Virus record (IMG/VR): IMGVR_UViG_3300009194_000025
Span: 1 to 38,767 of that record
Strand: one strand, 5' to 3'
DNA: 38,767 nucleotides
DNA from: a virus
Taxonomy: Duplodnaviria; Caudoviricetes
The notes under the pieces are model-generated. The model saw only the letters and a list, made by a program, of their open reading frames with translations. It searched no databases and had not been told where the DNA came from. Made by a program: the position numbers and the translations under genes. Positions 34,357 to 38,767 of this stretch are shown one piece after another (position 1 is the stretch's first letter; each line of letters starts with the position of its first letter).

Positions 34357-34392
34357 AAAAAAGCCGCTTCACAATTAGGAGGCGGTTTTCTT
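34357..34392. terminator. Hairpin flanked by A and T runs (possibly bidirectional terminator)
   Basis: AAAAAA-GCCGCTTC-ACAATTAG-GAGGCGGT-TTTCTT. Confidence 0.6.
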
Positions 34393-34501
34393 GTGGGCGA
34401 GCACTCGATGTCGGTAAGGCCAACGGCATTGAATCCGCGAACCCGAATCGTGAACCCCGGCCATGCCGGCTCACCGCGCAGATAAGCGTATAGGAGTTGA
34501 A

Positions 34502-35446
34502 ATGACACTACCCCGTTCGATCCAGCAGCAGGCCGATGCGGCCAAGCAGCACTTTGAATCCCTCCAGAATCCCGAACCTTCGGCTCCGGAACCGGATAAA
34601 AAGACGCCTGATGCACCGGACACTGCCACCCAATCCGCAGACACTGAGCCGAAACCCGAGGAAGCAAAGCGCTCCCAGGACGATGAGCCCAAGCGCTCCG
34701 ACACCTACTGGGAAAACCGTTTCCGCGTCCTACAAGGGAAGTACGATAAAGAGGTGCCTGCGCTGAGTGAAGAGGTCAGAAAGCTGACCCAGACGCTTGA
34801 GCAAAAAGATCGCCAGATCACGGAATTGGAGTCCAGTTCCGACCAATCCACCAACCCTGGCGGCCTGACTGACGAGCAAATGGCTCAGTTCAAAGAGGAA
34901 TTTGGTGAGGATTTCGTGTCGTTCGTGCAGCGCATGGTCTCCAGCAGTACTGGCAAACCCGACAACAGCGCCGAAGTGAACGAGCTGAAGCGCAAAGTTG
35001 AATCGTTCGAGCGGAAGGAGCAACAGAAGACGGAAGCGTCTTTCTGGGCCGCGCTCAACGAGTTGGTGCCCGACTGGAAGTCCGTTAATGCTAGCGACAA
35101 GTTCCGCGCCTTCCTTGCAGGGTTTGACCCGCAGACTGGAAGCCAGCGCCAGCAATCGCTGAGCGCTGCGCAACAGGCACTGGATGCAGACGGTGTAGCC
35201 GCCGTGTTCAACACCTTCAAAAAACAGCAGTCGCAGAAACCGAATCAGGGCATTCCCGACGATCAAGTTGACCCTCCCACCAGCCGATCCACAACCGAGC
35301 CCAAGGGCGCCAAGATCTGGACTGGACCGGAGATCAAACAGTTCTACGCGGACAAGACCGCCGGAAAGTATCGAAACAATCCTGATGAGGCGAAGCGGCT
35401 CGAAGCCGACATTTTCGCCGCACAGCGTGAAGGGCGAGTGCGATAA
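34502..35446 (+). CDS. Capsid scaffolding protein
   Basis: AGGAG SD; acidic/Pro-rich N-terminus, coiled coil W..RF..LQGKY, C-terminal EADIFAAQREGRV; directly before the capsid gene. Confidence 0.8.
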   Translation: MTLPRSIQQQADAAKQHFESLQNPEPSAPEPDKKTPDAPDTATQSADTEPKPEEAKRSQDDEPKRSDTYWENRFRVLQGKYDKEVPALSEEVRKLTQTLEQKDRQITELESSSDQSTNPGGLTDEQMAQFKEEFGEDFVSFVQRMVSSSTGKPDNSAEVNELKRKVESFERKEQQKTEASFWAALNELVPDWKSVNASDKFRAFLAGFDPQTGSQRQQSLSAAQQALDADGVAAVFNTFKKQQSQKPNQGIPDDQVDPPTSRSTTEPKGAKIWTGPEIKQFYADKTAGKYRNNPDEAKRLEADIFAAQREGRVR

Positions 35447-35495
35447 TGCGCCGCCTTTCCGCCTCGCGGTTCATTGATTCCGAGAGGTAATTATC

Positions 35496-35627
35496 ATGGC
35501 AGGTCCAACACGCGCGACCGGTTATCCGGACCTTTCCAGCACCAGTTCGAGCGGGTTTATCCCATCGATATGGAGCGGAAAGTTGGTAGAAAAGTTATAC
35601 GCATCAACAGCTTACGCTGAGATCGCT
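35496..35627 (+). CDS. Major capsid protein, exon 1 (44 codons)
   Basis: GAGGT SD; MAGPTRATGYPDLSSTSSSGFIPSIWSGKLVEKLYASTAYAEIA, containing the FIP.IWS.KL motif of P22-coat-like capsids. Too short to appear in the ORF track. Confidence 0.9.
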
Positions 35628-36685
35628 AGATAAAGTTGGCGATTTAAAACTGGTTCTGAATAACTGGAAGGCTTAGGCTAACCAGAGGCAAGCGCTAAGA
35701 CTTAGGAGCAGCCAAACAATGGCAAGGCTAAGCGAGAAATACATTGCGGGTTTCCTAGACTCCGATGGCAGTATCGGTATCGCGTACCGGTACATCGGAA
35801 AAAGTCGTGATTCATCGAAAATGCGCACGCATGTAATGATGAGTTTCACGCAATTGACCCGCAGGGATGATGTGCTATTCCGGATCAAAGAGGTTATTGG
35901 CGGTTCCATTCAGTATAACGATGAGCGCCAGGCGACAAGTCTAAAACTTCTTGGCAAGAAGGCCGAAATGGCTCTTGCTCGAATCCAAAAGCACTTGGTG
36001 ATTAAGCGCCACTATGCAGCAGTAGTTCTTGACATAGCTGGCAGTATTGTTGATCGGAAAGAGACAACCGCTTTTTTGAAAGTGGAGAGGAAAAGGAAAT
36101 CCTTGCCGCTACCCAACTATCCATCAAGGAAATGGATGGCGGGGTACTTGGATGGTGACGGATGTTTCGGAGTAAGGGTTCCGAAAAATCGAACGTCCGC
36201 TCAATTGACGCTGGAAGCGTCATCCTCGGACTATGATTCAGAGGGCATTGAGTTAATCCAGAAAGCATTTGGCGGTTCGATTGCCACGGCGTCAAACGGC
36301 ATTACAAGCTATACGCTGACCATGCCGCCATCCAAGGCCAAACAAGTTTTAGGCCATTGGGGCAAGTACGCGATCATCAAAAAACACCAAGCAGATTTCA
36401 TCCTTGGTTGCGCCAAGATGGGACATTACCGAGACGGTAAAAGCATCAAGGCATCAATGAAGCAACTGAAAGCGCAGCCGCACAGACTGAGTGAACCAGG
36501 GCTTATCAACAAATTGCTTGAAAACGTAACAGACATTGAAACGGCAAAAGAGAAAGGCCGCAAAAAATGGGCCGAGGGCGGATGTGGGTGCAACGCGCCA
36601 CACTACTGCTACGGACTATGCCGAAAGTGTTACGACAAGCAACGATGGGCTAAGCGACAGTCGGAATTAGCTAAGGCTAGTTAAG
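35628..36685 (+). mobile_element. Group I self-splicing intron (1058 nt) in the major capsid gene
   Basis: 5' site after U with P1 AUCGCU/GGCGAU (U.G pair); terminal omega-G at 36685; P3 CTGGTTC(35650)/GAACCAG(36493); P AACTGGAA, Q AACCAGAG; P7 GACTG(36485)/CAGTC(36658). Splicing restores EIA|NTIYEGEIK in frame. Confidence 0.92.
35719..36684 (+). CDS. Intron-encoded double-motif LAGLIDADG homing endonuclease
   Basis: Motifs YIAGFLDSDGSI and WMAGYLDGDGCF; AGGAG SD; C-terminal CGC...CYGLCRKCY. Confidence 0.92.
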   Translation: MARLSEKYIAGFLDSDGSIGIAYRYIGKSRDSSKMRTHVMMSFTQLTRRDDVLFRIKEVIGGSIQYNDERQATSLKLLGKKAEMALARIQKHLVIKRHYAAVVLDIAGSIVDRKETTAFLKVERKRKSLPLPNYPSRKWMAGYLDGDGCFGVRVPKNRTSAQLTLEASSSDYDSEGIELIQKAFGGSIATASNGITSYTLTMPPSKAKQVLGHWGKYAIIKKHQADFILGCAKMGHYRDGKSIKASMKQLKAQPHRLSEPGLINKLLENVTDIETAKEKGRKKWAEGGCGCNAPHYCYGLCRKCYDKQRWAKRQSELAKAS

Positions 36686-37495
36686 AACACCATATATGAG
36701 GGTGAAATCAAACAAGTAGGGGATTCGGTGCAGATCCGCACTACGCCCTCCATTACTATCAGCGACTACGAGGTAGGCGGTGGCCTGACGTATGAGGCGC
36801 CAACCAGCGACAAGGTTGAGCTTCAAATCAACAGGGCCAAATCGTTTTCCTTCAAGGTCAACGACATCGATTCCTATCAGTCCGACCTGAACCTGATGGA
36901 TAACTGGTCTGAAGACGGCGGTCAGCAGATGGGTATCGAGATTGATACCGACATCAACGCCTACGCCTACACCGAGGCGGCTGCGGCCAACGCCGGTGCA
37001 GCGGCAGGCGCCAAGTCCGGCTCACTGAATCTGGGCGTGGCTGGCGCACCGGTGGCGATCACCAAGGCGAACGTCTTGGATGTTCTGGTAGATTGCGGCA
37101 CTGCACTGGATGAGCAGAACGTGCCGAACACTGGCCGTTACGTGATCCTCCCTGCGTGGATGAACGGCATGCTCAAAAAGTCCGACCTGCGTGACGCGAG
37201 CGCAATGGGTGATTCCACCTCCGTGTTCCGCAACGGCAAGGTTGGCCAGCTTGACCGGTTCGACGTGTACGTGAACAATAATCTGAGCACGGTTGTTGAC
37301 GGCACCACTACCAATCAGGCCACCAATGTGATCTTTGGTCACAAGAAGGCGCTGACCTTCGCAAGCCAGATGACCAACATGGAAACGCTGCCGAATCCCG
37401 ACGATTTCGGCAAGCTGATCCGTGGGCTGAACGTCTATGGCCGCAAGGTCATCGACCCGAACGCCATCGGTCACCTGTACGCCGAGCGCGGTTAA
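36686..37495 (+). CDS. Major capsid protein, exon 2 (spliced product 313 aa)
   Basis: NTIYEGEIKQVGDSVQIRT.P...LDEQNVP..GR...NGKVG.LDRF.VY.NN...RGL.VYG.KV..P. Confidence 0.92.
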   Translation, partial: NTIYEGEIKQVGDSVQIRTTPSITISDYEVGGGLTYEAPTSDKVELQINRAKSFSFKVNDIDSYQSDLNLMDNWSEDGGQQMGIEIDTDINAYAYTEAAAANAGAAAGAKSGSLNLGVAGAPVAITKANVLDVLVDCGTALDEQNVPNTGRYVILPAWMNGMLKKSDLRDASAMGDSTSVFRNGKVGQLDRFDVYVNNNLSTVVDGTTTNQATNVIFGHKKALTFASQMTNMETLPNPDDFGKLIRGLNVYGRKVIDPNAIGHLYAERG

Positions 37496-37509
37496 ACCCA
37501 CTAACCATT

Positions 37510-37534
37510 AGGCCGCCCTCCGGGGCGGTCTTTT
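37510..37534 (+). terminator. Intrinsic terminator after the capsid gene
   Basis: AGGCCGCCC-TCCG-GGGCGGTCT-TTT. Confidence 0.8.
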
Positions 37535-37550
37535 GTTTCTGGAGTGACAC

Positions 37551-37859
37551 ATGGACTTGATTTATAAGTTAGAAAAGGCCCGCACCAAGGATGATCTGGA
37601 GGCTCTTGGTATCGAGCACCTGGGTGTTGATGTGGACAAACGTAAAGCCAAAGAGGTATTGCGTGCCGAATTGATTGGTGAGGCCGAAAGCCGAGGCTTT
37701 ACTGCGGAGGCTGCCGACGAACCGGCGCAGCCCGAACCAGAACCGCAAGCCCCGAAAGCATCCGGATACACCAGCAAGATGGCCCGCAACAGAAATACAG
37801 GGCGCATCATGCCATGGACCGCTGCAATGGCCGATATGCCGCACATGGAGGAAGTCTGA
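37551..37859 (+). CDS. Hypothetical head-module protein (Rho-N/SAP-like helix pair)
   Basis: GGAG SD; TKDDLEALG..HLGVDVDKRK.KE.LRAEL. Confidence 0.7.
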   Translation: MDLIYKLEKARTKDDLEALGIEHLGVDVDKRKAKEVLRAELIGEAESRGFTAEAADEPAQPEPEPQAPKASGYTSKMARNRNTGRIMPWTAAMADMPHMEEV

Positions 37860-37862
37860 CCC

Positions 37863-38579
37863 ATGGCCGTCACCGTCGCGGATATCGTCAACAACGCCAA
37901 GCGAATAATGCAAGAGGTCAACCCTGACGGAAGCGTTGCAGATGAAGGTGTGCGCTGGAAGAACGACGAGTTTGGCGGCTGGCTGAACGAGTTCTATCAG
38001 GCAGCCGTGCAACTGAAGCCCGACGCCTATTCTGTCAATGAAGAGCTTCTGCTGAACCCTGGCACCAAACAAAGCATTCCACAATCGGGCCTGCGCCTGA
38101 TTGATGTGGTCCGCAATACCGCCACGGCCAGTAACCAGATGGCGGTCATGGTTACCACCAGGCGGGCGCTGGACTCAACGCGCCGAACCTGGCATTCCGA
38201 CCCGGCCAGCACCAACATCGAGCACTACGTGTTTGATGAGCTGGACCCGACCACGTTTTACGTATATCCGCCGGCTGACACGGGCGCTGCACTGGAAATC
38301 ATTTACTCGGCTGTACCCGAGCCGCACGACGTAAGCCTTGGCCTGGATGGCGTGGGGGCCGACAAGTTCAAGCTCAATGACGCCTACGGCCCGGTGGCAC
38401 TGGATTACATCCTGTATCGCGCCTACGCCAAAGACGCCGAACACGCCGCCAACCTGCGGCGCTCTCAGATGCACTACCAGGCCTACATGCAGCAACTGTC
38501 CGGCAAGGCGCAGACCGATCAGCAGGTATCACCCAACGCCCCTGACTTGTCCGCCAATCCGCAGAGGACCAGAGCATGA
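37863..38579 (+). CDS. Head-tail adaptor/completion protein (DUF6682-like)
   Basis: RW...E...WLNE......KPD...L.PG.KQ.IP....LIDV.RN...FYVYPP...DY.LYRAY.KD.E. Confidence 0.75.
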   Translation: MAVTVADIVNNAKRIMQEVNPDGSVADEGVRWKNDEFGGWLNEFYQAAVQLKPDAYSVNEELLLNPGTKQSIPQSGLRLIDVVRNTATASNQMAVMVTTRRALDSTRRTWHSDPASTNIEHYVFDELDPTTFYVYPPADTGAALEIIYSAVPEPHDVSLGLDGVGADKFKLNDAYGPVALDYILYRAYAKDAEHAANLRRSQMHYQAYMQQLSGKAQTDQQVSPNAPDLSANPQRTRA

Positions 38580-38767
38580 CGCTGGATGAGCTTGCAACCC
38601 GCGTATCGCGAGACGTGCCAGAGGCGCCGCTGTTGCTCGTCAAGGAGAGCCTGCAGCGAGCCCAGCGCCAGCTTTCCGAAGACGGCAACGTGTGGACAGA
38701 GCACCAAAGCCTTGCAGTAACCGACGGCGACCCGCCGTTTGCGGAGATAATCGCGCAGACTGCCGAC
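38576..38767 (+). CDS. 3'-truncated virion adaptor protein
   Basis: ATGA overlap with GAGG SD; MTLDELATRVSRDVPEAP...; open to the window end. Confidence 0.65.
   Translation, partial: MTLDELATRVSRDVPEAPLLLVKESLQRAQRQLSEDGNVWTEHQSLAVTDGDPPFAEIIAQTAD

Noticed and set aside
36728-37495. Stand-alone 255-aa capsid starting at GTG 36728
   Set aside because: Lacks the conserved N-terminal FIP.IWS.KL and YEGEI motifs, which are supplied by exon 1 and 36686-36727 after splicing.

Overview
A 38.8 kb internal piece of a tailed dsDNA phage genome. It has a lambdoid-style early/late layout with podovirus-like head and ejection genes, and probably a gammaproteobacterial host (inference). Left to right: (1) the end of a virion/ejection gene; (2) a giant 'polyvalent' protein locus, 343-11705, with ParB-like, LPD5/LPD1, RadC/JAB, zincin, two ADP-ribosyltransferase-like and LPD38-like domains, broken by one 2-nt frameshift and one in-frame TAG; (3) a 51-bp IS200/IS605-type end remnant; (4) a leftward early operon with a C5-MTase-like gene, YqaJ exonuclease and RecT/Beta; (5) back-to-back PL/PR promoters with cro, but no cI and no integrase in the window; (6) HNH, replication initiator/ori, a DUF4942 adenine MTase and the nin region; (7) a Q-like gene with a late promoter; (8) an HNH-AP2 endonuclease and the lysis cassette; (9) terminases, portal and scaffold; (10) a major capsid gene split by a 1058-nt group I intron encoding a LAGLIDADG endonuclease; (11) head-completion genes. 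The most striking observation is an intact-looking HNH homing endonuclease gene, with its own promoter and RBS, nested antisense and codon-in-register inside an ART domain of the giant gene while leaving that frame open. Several small protein-like +1-frame ORFs also sit in the giant protein's linkers. All family calls come from motif recognition by eye; no database searches were run.
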